This document shows positions 49,674 to 60,800 of a stretch of 64,000 nt of DNA, piece by piece. The notes below the pieces were generated by a model. It did no database searches and was not told where the DNA came from. It was given only the letters and a program-made list of their open reading frames with translations. The stretch comes from Candidatus Latescibacterota bacterium (GTDB taxonomy: Bacteria; Latescibacterota; UBA2968; UBA8231): the NCBI GenBank assembly GCA_965215195.1, contig CBDCDC010000002.1:1184001-1248000 (forward strand). The letters are read 5' to 3'. The position numbers and the translations under genes were made by a program. The stretch's first letter is position 1. Each line of letters begins with the position of its first letter.

Positions 49674-50257
49674 AGCCGCTCATCCTCGGCTCGGCCTCGC
49701 CCCGGCGCGCCGCCCTGTTGCGCCAACTCGCCCTGCCCTTTACAGTCGTCCCCAGTCCGCTGGCCGAGCCGGTGCCCGCAACGTCCATCCCAGCCGATTA
49801 CGCCCTCGAATCGGCCGTGGCCAAAGCCCATGCTGTGGCCAGCTCAGTCGCGGCCGACGCCATCATCATCGCGGCCGACACCATCGTCTGTAGCGACGGC
49901 GCGATACTGGGCAAGCCCGCCGACGCGGCCGACGCGGCCTCCATGCTCGGCCGCCTCTCGGGCAAAGTCCATCAGGTCTATACCGGGCTAGCCATCCAAA
50001 GCGGCGCACAGCTCCTGCGGGAAGCTGTTTGCACCCAAGTAGAGATGCGGCCCTTAACCGCGGCCGACATCGCCGCTTACGTCGCCAGCGGCGAACCCCT
50101 CGACAAAGCCGGTGGCTATGGCATCCAAGGGCTAGGGGCGCGCTTTATTGAACGCATCGAAGGTTGTTATTATAATGTAGTTGGTCTGCCCCTAGCTCGT
50201 CTTTGCGTCCTTTTGAGCACCGTGGGGTGCAACCTAAACGATCGGGCCACAAAATGA
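49670..50257 (+). CDS. maf: Maf nucleoside triphosphate pyrophosphatase
   Basis: LGSASPRR, ADTIV..ILGKP, DKAGGYGIQ, NVVGLP. Confidence 0.93.
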   Translation: MKPLILGSASPRRAALLRQLALPFTVVPSPLAEPVPATSIPADYALESAVAKAHAVASSVAADAIIIAADTIVCSDGAILGKPADAADAASMLGRLSGKVHQVYTGLAIQSGAQLLREAVCTQVEMRPLTAADIAAYVASGEPLDKAGGYGIQGLGARFIERIEGCYYNVVGLPLARLCVLLSTVGCNLNDRATK

Positions 50258-51117
50258 GCGAAGAAAAACAACAAACCATCGCAGAAGAATTGTCAGCCGC
50301 CCGCCAAGCGCGCAGCCTCAGCCTCGAAGAAGTCCAGCGCCAGACCGGCATTAGTTTGGCCGTCTTAGAGGGCATAGAAGCCGGCCAGTTCGATGTGGTT
50401 GAGCAGGTATTCACCCGCTTAGCCCTGAAAGCGTATGTCGAACACCTCGGTCTCGATTCCGAGCCGGTGCTGACCCGCTTCGACCAACAGCACGGCCAAG
50501 CCCTCGAAACCCGCCACCGCCCTACAGTCTTAATATCGCAGCCCGTTCCGCGTCGCTCGTATAAGCCGCTGATCGTCGGCTTGGTAATAGGGGCCTGCTG
50601 CGTCCTCGCTATGGCGTACTATTTCTTCGGCAATACAGCACCACAGCCCTCGGCCCAATCCACCGCTCCGCCGCAAGCGATGCCCGCCCCGGCCCAATCC
50701 CAGCCGACGACCGCTCCAAGCGACCCGCTCGTCGCCCAGTCATCCACCGAGCCGGGTGCTTCTGGCACCCCCACGTCCGCGACTGCGGTGGCCGCACCAA
50801 CCACCACCCCCGTCGTCCTCGAACTAGAAGCCCGCGACTCTACTTGGGTGCAGATCCGCTGGGATGACGCAGCAGAAAACTTTGAGGGCATCGTTCCACC
50901 CGGCCAGCGCCACCGCTTTGAGGCCCGCGACCACTTCGTCGTGCTCTCGACCCGCCCCCACGGCCTGCGCTATTGGTTGGACGGCCAGCTACTCGGCGAT
51001 GGCCAGCTCGGCGATCCCAGCCAAGTGCTGCACTTCCGCGCCGCGGCTGACGGCATTGAGTTTCTAAAACTGAACTCACAGCCTTCCGCAGAAGAGGCTT
51101 CCGACGCCCAACCATGA
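50254..51117 (+). CDS. rodZ: RodZ-like cell-shape protein
   Basis: N-terminal HTH, one TM helix, Pro/Thr linker, C-terminal L.LEA...WV domain. Confidence 0.75.
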   Translation: MSEEKQQTIAEELSAARQARSLSLEEVQRQTGISLAVLEGIEAGQFDVVEQVFTRLALKAYVEHLGLDSEPVLTRFDQQHGQALETRHRPTVLISQPVPRRSYKPLIVGLVIGACCVLAMAYYFFGNTAPQPSAQSTAPPQAMPAPAQSQPTTAPSDPLVAQSSTEPGASGTPTSATAVAAPTTTPVVLELEARDSTWVQIRWDDAAENFEGIVPPGQRHRFEARDHFVVLSTRPHGLRYWLDGQLLGDGQLGDPSQVLHFRAAADGIEFLKLNSQPSAEEASDAQP

Positions 51118-53564
51118 TCCAAGGCTACGTAGAGGTGGCCCTACCGCCACCCGTAGCGCGCGAGTTGACCTATGGAGTACCTGCTGAACTCGCCGCTGAA
51201 GCGCGGCCGGGGGCCTTGGTGTTGGTGCCGGTGGTTCAGCGGCGGCTCACTGGCATCGTCTTGGGACCAGCTGCAATCGGCACCCTCCCCCCAAGCAAGA
51301 TTCGCCCCATCGAACAAATTCTCGACACCTCGCTCCTCACGCCCGAGGTCGTTGCGCTCTGCCGCTGGATGGCTTCCTACTACATAGCCCCCCTCGGCAG
51401 TGCGCTGATGGCCGCCCTGCCCCCAGGCGTCAAACTCAGCTCCAGCCGCCTCGTGCAATTGCGCGACGCGCCCGCTGGCCACCACACGGGCATGGAGGCG
51501 CGGATTCTCGGCGAGTTGCAGCGCAGCGGCCCCCTCAAGGTCAGCACCCTCAAGCGCCGCCTCGGCAGCGAGGGCTTGGAAAGGGGCGTGCGCGCTCTGC
51601 GCCGCAGCGGGCGCATTGAAATCGCGCCCGTGCTCGAAGACCGGCGGCCCCGCGCCCTGAGCCAACGCCGCTTTCTCCTGAGCGACGAAACGGCCGCGCA
51701 GGCCGCCATCGCCGCCATTGAAAAGCGCGCCCCGCGCCAAGCGGCCTGTCTGCGCTACTTGCTCGACCACCCCACGGCCGCGCACAGCGAACTGCGCGCG
51801 GCCGGTTTCTCCTCGGCCGTACTCAAGGCCCTCGCCGGCCGCGGCTTGATTGAGTCAACGGCCGAGGAAGTCGTCCGCGATCCCCTCGCCCACATCGCCA
51901 GCAATGCCCCCCCGGATTTCGTTCCTACCACCGACCAGCAGCAGGCTCTCGACGCCCTATCGACCGCGCTCGACGCCCGGACCTTCTATCCGGCCCTGCT
52001 GCACGGCGTCACCGGCGCGGGCAAGACCCTCGTGTACATCCAACTTGTGGCGCAGGCCTTGGCCGCGGGGCGCGGGGCAATCATCTTGGTTCCAGAAATC
52101 GCCCTCGCCTGGCAGATGGTGCGGCGCTTTAAGGAGCACTTCGGCGAGGCAGTCGCCGTCCTCCACAGCCAGCTCTCGGCCGGAGAGCGCTACGACACGT
52201 GGCGTCGCTTGCGCCGGCGCGAGCAGCGCGTGCTCATCGGCGCTCGCTCGGCCATCCTCGCACCAGTAGATGACTTGGGGCTGATTGTCGTGGACGAAGA
52301 GCACGACACCTCGTACAAGCAAGAAGACCTAGACAGCAGCCACCCCCTCACGTACAACGCCCGCGACCTCGCCTTAGTCCGCGGGCAGCACTGCAACGCC
52401 GCCGTCGTCCTTGGCTCGGCCACGCCCAGCCTAGAGTCGCACTGGAATGCCGTCACGGGCAAGTACCATCGCCACACCTTGCCCCGCCGCATCGACGACC
52501 GCCCCTTGCCGCAAGTGACGGTCGTCGATATGAAACAGGAGCCTTTCCAGCGGCAGCAGCGCGCCATCTTCTCGCACGCCTTGCGGCGCAAGATGCAGGA
52601 CCGCCTCGAGCGCGGCGAGAAAATCATCCTGTTGCAAAATCGCCGCGGCTTTGCGCCCTTCATTAGCTGCGCCGCCTGTGGCGAGCCGATCCAGTGCCCC
52701 AGTTGCCGCGTCTCCCTGACCTATCACCGGCACCCCACGGCCGCCGAGACCCGCTGTCACTACTGCGACTTCGCGGCCCCACCGCCGCGGGCCTGTCCGT
52801 CTTGCGACAGCCCGGAATTGCGCTTCGACGGGGTGGGCACCCAACGAGTCGAAAGCGCCCTCTTGGCCCAATTCCCCGGCATCCGCGTCATCCGCATGGA
52901 TGTAGATACCACCGCTTGGAAAGGTGCGCACGACGCGCTGGTGGAGCGCTTCCGCAGCGGCGAGGCCGACGTGCTGCTCGGCACCCAAATGATCGCCAAG
53001 GGCCTCGACCTGCCCGAGGTCACGCTAGTCGGCGTGATTTCCGCCGACACCGGCATGCACCTGCCCGACTTCCGCGCGGCCGAGCGGAGCTTCCAGCTTT
53101 TGACCCAAGTCGCCGGCCGCTCGGGTCGCGGCCACACGGCTGGCGAGGTCGTCATCCAGACGCTCCTGCCCAACGATCCAGCCCTGTGCGCGGCCGCCCG
53201 CCAAAACTACGCGGCCTTTGCCCGCAATGAGCTGGCCCAGCGGCGGCAGGCCGGGTTCCCCCCTTTTGGCCGCCTCGTGGTCTTTCGCTGGCGCGGCCCC
53301 TGCGAACAAGCCGTTGAAGCCGGGGCGCAACAGGGTGTCGCAGCCCTGCGGCAGGGCCTCAGCCCAGACGAACTCGTGCTCGGGCCGGCCCCAGCCCCGC
53401 TGGCGCGGCTGCGCGGTCACTACCGCTGGCAAGCTCTCTTGCGCGGCCCGTCGGCGCACCACTTGCGCGCAACGGCCCTCAGCGTACTGCCGGCCATGCG
53501 CGAGGCCGCCAAAAATCACGCCCTCCACTTTTCCATCAACATCGACCCTCTAACGATGATGTAG
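51114..53564 (+). CDS. priA: Primosomal protein N'
   Basis: GVTGAGKT, VDEEHD.SYKQ, eight-Cys Zn module, GTQMIAKG, QVAGRSGR. Confidence 0.96.
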   Translation: MIQGYVEVALPPPVARELTYGVPAELAAEARPGALVLVPVVQRRLTGIVLGPAAIGTLPPSKIRPIEQILDTSLLTPEVVALCRWMASYYIAPLGSALMAALPPGVKLSSSRLVQLRDAPAGHHTGMEARILGELQRSGPLKVSTLKRRLGSEGLERGVRALRRSGRIEIAPVLEDRRPRALSQRRFLLSDETAAQAAIAAIEKRAPRQAACLRYLLDHPTAAHSELRAAGFSSAVLKALAGRGLIESTAEEVVRDPLAHIASNAPPDFVPTTDQQQALDALSTALDARTFYPALLHGVTGAGKTLVYIQLVAQALAAGRGAIILVPEIALAWQMVRRFKEHFGEAVAVLHSQLSAGERYDTWRRLRRREQRVLIGARSAILAPVDDLGLIVVDEEHDTSYKQEDLDSSHPLTYNARDLALVRGQHCNAAVVLGSATPSLESHWNAVTGKYHRHTLPRRIDDRPLPQVTVVDMKQEPFQRQQRAIFSHALRRKMQDRLERGEKIILLQNRRGFAPFISCAACGEPIQCPSCRVSLTYHRHPTAAETRCHYCDFAAPPPRACPSCDSPELRFDGVGTQRVESALLAQFPGIRVIRMDVDTTAWKGAHDALVERFRSGEADVLLGTQMIAKGLDLPEVTLVGVISADTGMHLPDFRAAERSFQLLTQVAGRSGRGHTAGEVVIQTLLPNDPALCAAARQNYAAFARNELAQRRQAGFPPFGRLVVFRWRGPCEQAVEAGAQQGVAALRQGLSPDELVLGPAPAPLARLRGHYRWQALLRGPSAHHLRATALSVLPAMREAAKNHALHFSINIDPLTMM

Positions 53565-53572
53565 GCTGTCCC

Positions 53573-55765
53573 ATGCTCTTGCTCCGCCTCGCTCCACTGC
53601 TGCTCTTGGCCCTGCCCACCCGCGCCGAATGGGAAGCCTATACCAGTATGCGCCAAATCAACCGGGTCCTCGTCCACCAAGACGCGGTCTGGGCCGGCAC
53701 CAGCGGTGGCGTCCTGCGCTACGACCAGCGGACTCAATCCTATGCGCGCTTCACCCGCCGCGACGGCCTGCCGGGCAACCTCATCTTGAGCCTATCCGTA
53801 GATGCCAACGGCCACCTGTGGTTTGGTACGCACTCTCGGGGCTTGAGCCGCTATCGGCCCGCGCAAAACCGCTTTGACCCGCCCTTTCTCGATTTCCTCG
53901 ACCTGCGCATCAACGCCCTTGAGCCGCGTGGGGACATCCTCTACGTTGGCAGCGAGCGCGGCGTCAGCGCGTTTGTCATCAGCAAGGAAGAGGTCAAGGA
54001 AACCTATCGCCGCTTGGGGGCTCTGCCCAAAGACACCGAGGTGACCAGCATTGAGGTGTTTGCTGGACGCCTGTGGGCCGGGACTGTCAATGGCCTAGTG
54101 TGGGCGGATTTGCACCAACCCAATCTCCAAGACCCCAGCAGTTGGGAAGCCGAGCCAATAGGGGGCGCGGTGCGCGACATGCTCGTCTATCAAGACACCC
54201 TCTTCGTCTCGGCCACGGACGGCCTCTGGCGAGTACATCCCGCGCTGGACCGCCCCGCACTCGATTACTCCACGACCAGCAGCGTTGCCCTCGGCCTCTT
54301 TGAGGGGCGCATCGTCAGCGCGACGGCCGACGGCAGCTTGTTCCAGCGCGAGGGCACCGACCGTTGGCAGCCGCTCAGCGCAAGAGGCATCAGCAACGCC
54401 GCGGACCTGTCCGATACCGACGGCCCCCTGTGGGTGGCCAGCTCGAGCGGCCTGCGCGTCCTCGGCACCGACCCACCGCCGCCGCCCCGCGAGCCTGTAG
54501 GCAACTTCTTCTTCGACATGACCCAGACCGCCGATGGCCACCTGTGGGTCGCCTCGGTGGCCAAGGACAATCTGCCCGCCTTTGGCCTGTACGAGTTCGA
54601 TGGCGCGGGCTGGACCACCCACACCACGAGGACCGATCTGTCGTCCGATATCGTCTCGGCCCTGGCAACCGACGCCGAGGGCCTGCTGTGGGTTGGCACT
54701 TGGGGCCGGGGCATTGACGTGCGCGACGCCAACGGCCAGTGGCAAAATCTCAACGCCAACAACTCGGCCCTCGAAGGCATTGACGGCAATACTTTTGTCG
54801 CCATCAGCGACATCGACCGCGATGCCAACGGCTTGCTGTGGATCGCCAACATCCGCAATGGGTTAGTCGTCATGGATGGGTGGCGGCCCCAACAGGCCGC
54901 GCTCAACAGCCAGTTGGACTTCGGCCTGTCCCCGGGCCGAGACATGAGCAAAATCGCCATTGGTCCCGACGGCCTGAAGTGGATCGGGACCGCGCTCGAC
55001 GGCTTCTTTCTCTTAGACGATGGCGGCACCCCTTTTGAGACCGGCGATGAGATCGGCTTGGTCTTCGACACGGCCGCGTATCCAGACCTGACCAGCAACG
55101 CCGTCATCGACATCCACGTCGATCGCTCGGGGCAGGTGTGGGTCGCCACGAACAACGGCCTCAATGCAGTGCGCGGCGAGTATGCGCGCACCAGCGCGCA
55201 TTTTGCCGTTGCAAGCTGGAAGGTGTACAACGCCGACAGCGGCCTGCCGGCCACCGCGACCACGGCGCTGGCCGAAGACGACTGGGGGCGCATTTGGGTC
55301 GGCACTGAAGGTGGCTTGGCCCGCATCGACACCGAGGGCCAAGTTGAGTTCGCACTCGACACCAGCGACGGCCTCGTCAACAACCGCGTCAACTCCCTGC
55401 ACTTCGACCAAGAAAACGGCGCGCTGTGGGTTGGCACACTCGCCGGGATGAGCCGCCTGCAACTCGGCGGCTCGGGAATAGCCGCTGGGCCGCAGGCGTA
55501 CGCGTATCCCAACCCCTTCCACACCGGCGTACGCGGTGCCGCCCTGACCTTTGCCGACCTGCCGCTGGGGGCCGGTGTGCGCATTTTCACCGCGGCCGGC
55601 GAACTCGTCCGCCAGCTCGATGGCGCGGCCGGCCAAGGTGCAGTCACTTGGAACGGCCAGAGCGCGGCCGGCTTTCTCGTGGGGTCGGGTATTTACTACT
55701 TTGTCGCGCAGGCAGAAACTGGCGATGCAGTGCGCGGCAAATTCGCCGTGATCAACGGCCGCTGA
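53573..55765 (+). CDS. PorZ-like double beta-propeller protein with a C-terminal sorting/FlgD-like domain
   Basis: Repeated D.G.LW.GT..GL blades; C-terminal YPNPF...RIFT.AGELVR..W.G. Confidence 0.7.
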   Translation: MLLLRLAPLLLLALPTRAEWEAYTSMRQINRVLVHQDAVWAGTSGGVLRYDQRTQSYARFTRRDGLPGNLILSLSVDANGHLWFGTHSRGLSRYRPAQNRFDPPFLDFLDLRINALEPRGDILYVGSERGVSAFVISKEEVKETYRRLGALPKDTEVTSIEVFAGRLWAGTVNGLVWADLHQPNLQDPSSWEAEPIGGAVRDMLVYQDTLFVSATDGLWRVHPALDRPALDYSTTSSVALGLFEGRIVSATADGSLFQREGTDRWQPLSARGISNAADLSDTDGPLWVASSSGLRVLGTDPPPPPREPVGNFFFDMTQTADGHLWVASVAKDNLPAFGLYEFDGAGWTTHTTRTDLSSDIVSALATDAEGLLWVGTWGRGIDVRDANGQWQNLNANNSALEGIDGNTFVAISDIDRDANGLLWIANIRNGLVVMDGWRPQQAALNSQLDFGLSPGRDMSKIAIGPDGLKWIGTALDGFFLLDDGGTPFETGDEIGLVFDTAAYPDLTSNAVIDIHVDRSGQVWVATNNGLNAVRGEYARTSAHFAVASWKVYNADSGLPATATTALAEDDWGRIWVGTEGGLARIDTEGQVEFALDTSDGLVNNRVNSLHFDQENGALWVGTLAGMSRLQLGGSGIAAGPQAYAYPNPFHTGVRGAALTFADLPLGAGVRIFTAAGELVRQLDGAAGQGAVTWNGQSAAGFLVGSGIYYFVAQAETGDAVRGKFAVINGR

Positions 55766-56418
55766 TGCGCGGCCTCGCCCTCTTCGCCGCGCTCGCGCTC
55801 CTCCCTGTACATAGCCCGGCCCAGCCCCTATTTACCATTGCGCGGCTACAATACGGCGGCGGCGGCGACTGGTACAGCGACCCCTCTTCCCTGCCCAACC
55901 TGCTCCGCTTCTTGAGGGAACACACCCAAATCGACGCAGCCGCAGCCGAGGTGCGGGTGCAAATCATGGACGAGGAGTTGTTTTCCCATCCGTACATCTA
56001 CATGACCGGGCACGGCAATGTGGCTTTTTCCGCAGCCGAGGCGGCGCGGCTGAGGCACTACTTGGAAAGCGGCGGCTTTCTCCACGCCGACGACAACTAC
56101 GGCATGGACGAGAGCTTCCGCCGCGCCATGCGCCAAGTATTCCCCCATGCCGAGTGGGTGGAGCTGCCACCCGAGCATCCCCTGTTCCACTGCCACTTCG
56201 AGTTGCCAGCGGGCCTGCCCAAGGTCCACGAACACGACGGCAAAAGGCCGCAAGCCCTCGCGCTTTTCACCGGCGAGCGCCTAGCCGTGCTGTACACGTA
56301 TGAGGCGGACCTAGGCGATGGCTGGGAAGACCCCGACGTCCACAGCGACCCAGAGGGCAAGCGACTCGACGCCCTCAAAATGGGTGCCAATATCGCGGTC
56401 TGGGCACTGAGCCGCTAG
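55765..56418 (+). CDS. DUF4159 domain protein
   Basis: Y.GGGDWY, YMTGHGN, GGFLHADDNYG, PKVHEHD, DLGDGWED. Confidence 0.85.
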   Translation: MRGLALFAALALLPVHSPAQPLFTIARLQYGGGGDWYSDPSSLPNLLRFLREHTQIDAAAAEVRVQIMDEELFSHPYIYMTGHGNVAFSAAEAARLRHYLESGGFLHADDNYGMDESFRRAMRQVFPHAEWVELPPEHPLFHCHFELPAGLPKVHEHDGKRPQALALFTGERLAVLYTYEADLGDGWEDPDVHSDPEGKRLDALKMGANIAVWALSR

Positions 56419-56449
56419 TGCCTCGGTCTGAGCCTGCACCAAATCCGCT

Positions 56450-56650
56450 GCGCACTGCGACATTTCTGACGCACTTTCCCTAACCTATTGTAAAAACGTG
56501 AAATAGAAGTTTAATCGGGGTATAGGTGCGTCGAAAGGGGGCACTCCAAGCGCGATCCAGCGTTTTGTGCGAAGTGGGCCAATTTCTTTTAACTCTTTGT
56601 TTAACAATCAGTTATGGCTTTATAGCTCCGCCTTGGCACGGAATCTGCTA
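56450..56650 (+). promoter_or_regulatory. sigma54 promoter with IHF-like sites and an upstream activator palindrome (copy 1)
   Basis: TGGCACG-gaat-CTGCT with GG-N10-GC at 56635-56648; divergent IHF-like taactctttgttt/taacaatcagtta at 56590-56614; TGCGACA-N4-TGACGCA at 56456-56473. Confidence 0.72.
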
Positions 56651-56696
56651 TAAGTAAAGTAAGCCGCTGTTGGCCGACCAAGGAGGTACTACCGCC

Positions 56697-57863
56697 ATGA
56701 AAGACAAAGTGCTCTATTCGATCATAGCTCTGCTGACGATTGCGCTCGCCAGTCAGAGCGAGACCGTAATCGGCTTTTTTAAGGCCGACTACGTAGAGGC
56801 TAAGGACCGCTCCCAGACCGAAGCGGCAGCGGATACCCGCAAACCCGTAGCCGTCATGCAGGTGAATGAGGGGCCGCTGGTTCGCCAAGTCGTCTCGTAC
56901 GGGTACGTCAGCACCGCGAGGACGGCTGAAATTACGGCCCAAGTCTCCGCTAGGATCCATCGGCTGCTCATACAGGAAGGCGACTGGATAGAACAAGGCG
57001 CTACCGCAGTAGAGTTAGAGGACGACTTGCTCAGAATAGCCCAGCGACAGGCGCAAGAGGAACTGGACAAAGCACTCGCCCAATACGCCAACATCGCCTT
57101 CTTCACCAGCGACCGCGGCAACAGAGATCAAGTGCTCAACCGGCTGGGCGTTGATTCGACCAATGCCAACGACGTCGAAGCATTCAGACTCATTTTTAAG
57201 AAGTCGAGAAAGGAACTGGCCGCGGACCAGATCGGGCTTGACGAGGCGAGGCTAAAACTCAAAAGGGCGCAGCTCGAACTCGCGCACGCGGTCCTAGAGG
57301 CCCCGTTCGCCGGATACGTGTCGGAAGTAGTGGTGGACCGAAGCGACTTCGTCGACAAGGGCGATGTTGTCGCGCGGATCGTGTCGCTGGATCGGCTCCG
57401 CCTCGAAATGGATGTATTGGAGACCGAGATCCGGCATATACGGCTAGGCGCGAGGGCCGAGATAGAGTTGGCCGCGCTGCCCGGGAAAGCAGTGAGCGGG
57501 CGCGTCGCATCGGTGAATCCAACTATAGATGCGGAACGCAGAACGTGCAGAGTCCTAATCGAGATTGAGAACCCGGACCGGGCCGTGCGGCCCGGCATGT
57601 TCGCCGCTGTGCGCGTCGAGGCCGCCCGCTACAAAGATAGGCTGCTGGTGCCGCGCGAAGCCCTGCTCACCCGCGACGACCGGAAGGTGGTATTCGTGTA
57701 CGAGGGCGGGCGAGCGAAATGGCGCTACGTCGAAACCGGCGAGGAGACCGACGAGATGGTAGAAGTGCGGGAGGGCCTAGCCGCTAGGGATACCCTGATT
57801 ACGGCCGGGCACTTCAACTTGACCCACAACGCCCAAGTCATCGTCGTCAACGAGGAACTCTAA
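56697..57863 (+). CDS. RND efflux periplasmic adaptor (MFP)
   Basis: Lipoyl halves EGD..EQG and APFAG.V, RPGMF, VPREAL. Confidence 0.92.
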   Translation: MKDKVLYSIIALLTIALASQSETVIGFFKADYVEAKDRSQTEAAADTRKPVAVMQVNEGPLVRQVVSYGYVSTARTAEITAQVSARIHRLLIQEGDWIEQGATAVELEDDLLRIAQRQAQEELDKALAQYANIAFFTSDRGNRDQVLNRLGVDSTNANDVEAFRLIFKKSRKELAADQIGLDEARLKLKRAQLELAHAVLEAPFAGYVSEVVVDRSDFVDKGDVVARIVSLDRLRLEMDVLETEIRHIRLGARAEIELAALPGKAVSGRVASVNPTIDAERRTCRVLIEIENPDRAVRPGMFAAVRVEAARYKDRLLVPREALLTRDDRKVVFVYEGGRAKWRYVETGEETDEMVEVREGLAARDTLITAGHFNLTHNAQVIVVNEEL

Positions 57864-60800
57864 TGGCTGCCAATCTCACCGCCTCGTGTGTGCGGCGTCC
57901 GGTGACGACGGTTGTTGTCTATGCCGCCGCCGTCCTTTTGGGACTCTACTCCTTTTATCAGATGGGGGTGGATTTCCTGCCGGACGTCGAAGTCCAGAAA
58001 CTGGCGGTAAAGACCGAGTGTCCGGGCGTGGCTGCCATCGACATTGAGGAGGAGGTCGCGCAAACCATAGAGGCCGCGCTGAGCGGCCTGTACAACATTA
58101 GGAATATGCGCTCGATATCGCGGGACGATCTGTCGATGATCTACTTGGAGTTCAGTTGGGACGCCAATATGGACCTGACCTTCATCAAGGTCCGCAACAA
58201 GCTCGACAGAATCCAACAACTGCTGCCCGATTTCGCCGCAAGGCCGACGATCCTGCGCTTTGATCCGTCGTCGTCGCCGTTTATGATGCTCGCCGTCTCC
58301 GGGGACCGCATAGAGCGCCCGGTTTCGGATGAGGATTACCGGGCGGCCTTGGTCGAACTCAAGAACGTGGCCGAAGCCGTAGTAAAACCTCGGCTGGAAC
58401 AAATACGAGGGGTGGCACAAGCCCTCGTCGCCGGCGGGTTGGAAAGGGAAGTTGAGGTCGAGATAGACCGCCGCAAATGCCTCGCCTATGGCGTGGGGTT
58501 CGCCGATGTCGAGGCGGCCTTGACGCGGTTTAGCGCCAATTCTGCGGGCGGGACCATCCGCGAAGGCCACTTGGTTTACCCGCTGAGGATAGACGGCCGC
58601 TACCGGGAGCTTGAGGACATAAGAAAAGTGCCGGTCAAGCGCGTTGATAACGCGACGGTTTTCCTCGAGGACATTGCCACTGCCCAGTACGGATTCAAGG
58701 AGCCGACCGGCTACAACCGGCTCAACGGCAAGGATACGATCACCCTGTATCTGTACAAGAAGTCCGGGGATAATACGGTAGAGACCGCGCAAAAAGTAGA
58801 AGCGGCGCTGGCGGCGCTGGCACTTGAATTTCCCGATTTCAGGGTGATTCCGGTTTTCGACCAAGCCAAATTCATCCAAGAAGCCGTGGACAACGTCCTC
58901 TCTTCCCTGTACTGGGGCGGTTTTTTCGCGGTGCTGGTCCTATTTCTGTTCATCCGCGACTGGAAAAGCCCGCTGGTCGTGGGGCTGGCGGTGCCCGTGT
59001 CCATTGTCATCACCTTTGCGGTGATGTACAGCATTGGCATCCATTTCAACGTGGTTTCCCTCGGCGGGCTGGCCTTGGGCATTGGCATCTTGGTCGACAA
59101 TTCCATAATCGTCCTCGACAATGTGAAGCGGCTCCGGGACCAGGGGTGTTCGCTGGTGGAAGCGGCCATTGAGGGCACGCGGGAGGTCAGTCTGCCGATT
59201 GCCGCCTCGACGTTCACTACGGTGTCCGTCTTCTTTCCTCTGGTGTACATCGAAGGGCTGGCTGGTGCCCTGTACTTCGACCAAGCCATCACGGTCGTCG
59301 CGTCCCTGACCCTATCCCTGTTGGTGTCGATCACCTTGGTCTCCATGCTGCTGTCGCGCGGCCGGGCAACGGGCCAGCGGTCGCGCCGGCGGGTGCTCAC
59401 TAGATTCGGCGACTGGGCCGATGCGCTGGGCGCGGGCGCGATTCGGCGCTATGAAAGGCTGCTGGCGGTCTGCCTGCAAAACAAGGCGGTGACGCTAGTC
59501 GCAATTGCGGCCGCGGCTGGGCTGGGTTTGTCCCTGCTGTCGGCGGTCGAGCGGGAGTTAATGCCCGCGGTGGACCGCAAGCAGCTAGTGCTCGAAGTGG
59601 AATTCCCAGAGTCGTCCCTGCTGCGGCGGACCTTGGCCGAGGTCGCCGAGATTGAACAGCTCTTAGGGGCGGACCCAGCGATCCAAACGGTCTATTCGTC
59701 CGTGGGGACAACGGATAGCGCTTTTGATCCGTCGCACCGCCCGGGGGCCAACAAGGCCGTGATAGAAGTGAAAATTGCCCAAGGGGCCCACACCGACGCT
59801 GTCGCGGCGAGACTAAAAGCCTTGGGCCGCACGGCCGCTGGGTACGAGCTGAGCGTGCGGCCGCCGCCGTCCTTTCTCGAGCATTTCTTCCCGCAAAAGA
59901 CCAGCGATTTCGACGTGCGCCTCAACGGCGAGGACTGGGGGGAACTAGCCGCGGTGAGCAAGGCCATTGCGGCGCTGATGGAGGATATGCCGCGTTTTGC
60001 CCACGTCCATTCGAGCCTCGTTGAGGGGGCCGGTGGATACGAAGTAGCGATTGACCACGGCCAAGCCGCCCTGTACGGCATTGACGCGACAAAACTTGCC
60101 GCCTTTCTCCGCAGCGAGGTGCAGGGCAGCAAGCCGACCCAGTTGGCCGACTATTCCCGCGAGGTAGATGTCAGATTGGTTGTGGGCCGGGACGGGGCCC
60201 CCGGGACGGAAGCACTAAAGCGGTTGAGCTATCCCATCCGCCGGCAGGAACAGACCGTGTACGTGCCGGTGGATCAGCTGGTTTCCATTGCGCCCTATAC
60301 GGGCTATGCCGCGCTACAGCGGAAAAACCAGAGCCGCACCGTGGAAGTTGGTGCCGAACTCGTGCAAGGGGATGCGTCCGAGGCCCAGCGGCAATTGGAG
60401 GCCGCCGCGAGCGGCATAGAAAAGCCCCAAAGCGTTTGGCTGGAGATTGGGGCCGTTGACGAGGAAATGCAGGAGATGCTGGCCGACTTGTCGCTGACTT
60501 TGGTGATTTCCTTTTGCTTGGTATTTGCCATACTCGCCGCCAAGTTTGAATCGCTCAAAATTCCGTTCGTGGTCATTGCGGTCGTGCCGCTGGCACTCGT
60601 CTGCGTGGTCGCGACTCTCTATGCGACGGGTCAGACGCTCAATTTTATGTCGGCGATGGGGGCCGTGGTGCTCGTCGGCATTGTGGTCAACGATTCTATC
60701 GTCAAGGTGGATTTTATCCGCAACCGCCACCTAGCCGGGGCCGACCTGCATACCGCCATAGCCGAAGCGGGCCGCAAGCGGCTGCGCCCCATAGCCATGA

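Noticed and set aside
56480-56630. CRISPR leader (AT-rich, IHF-like sites)
   Set aside because: No repeat-spacer array or cas gene follows copy 1; a sigma54 box and the MFP gene follow instead. Copy 2 cannot be excluded because the window ends.
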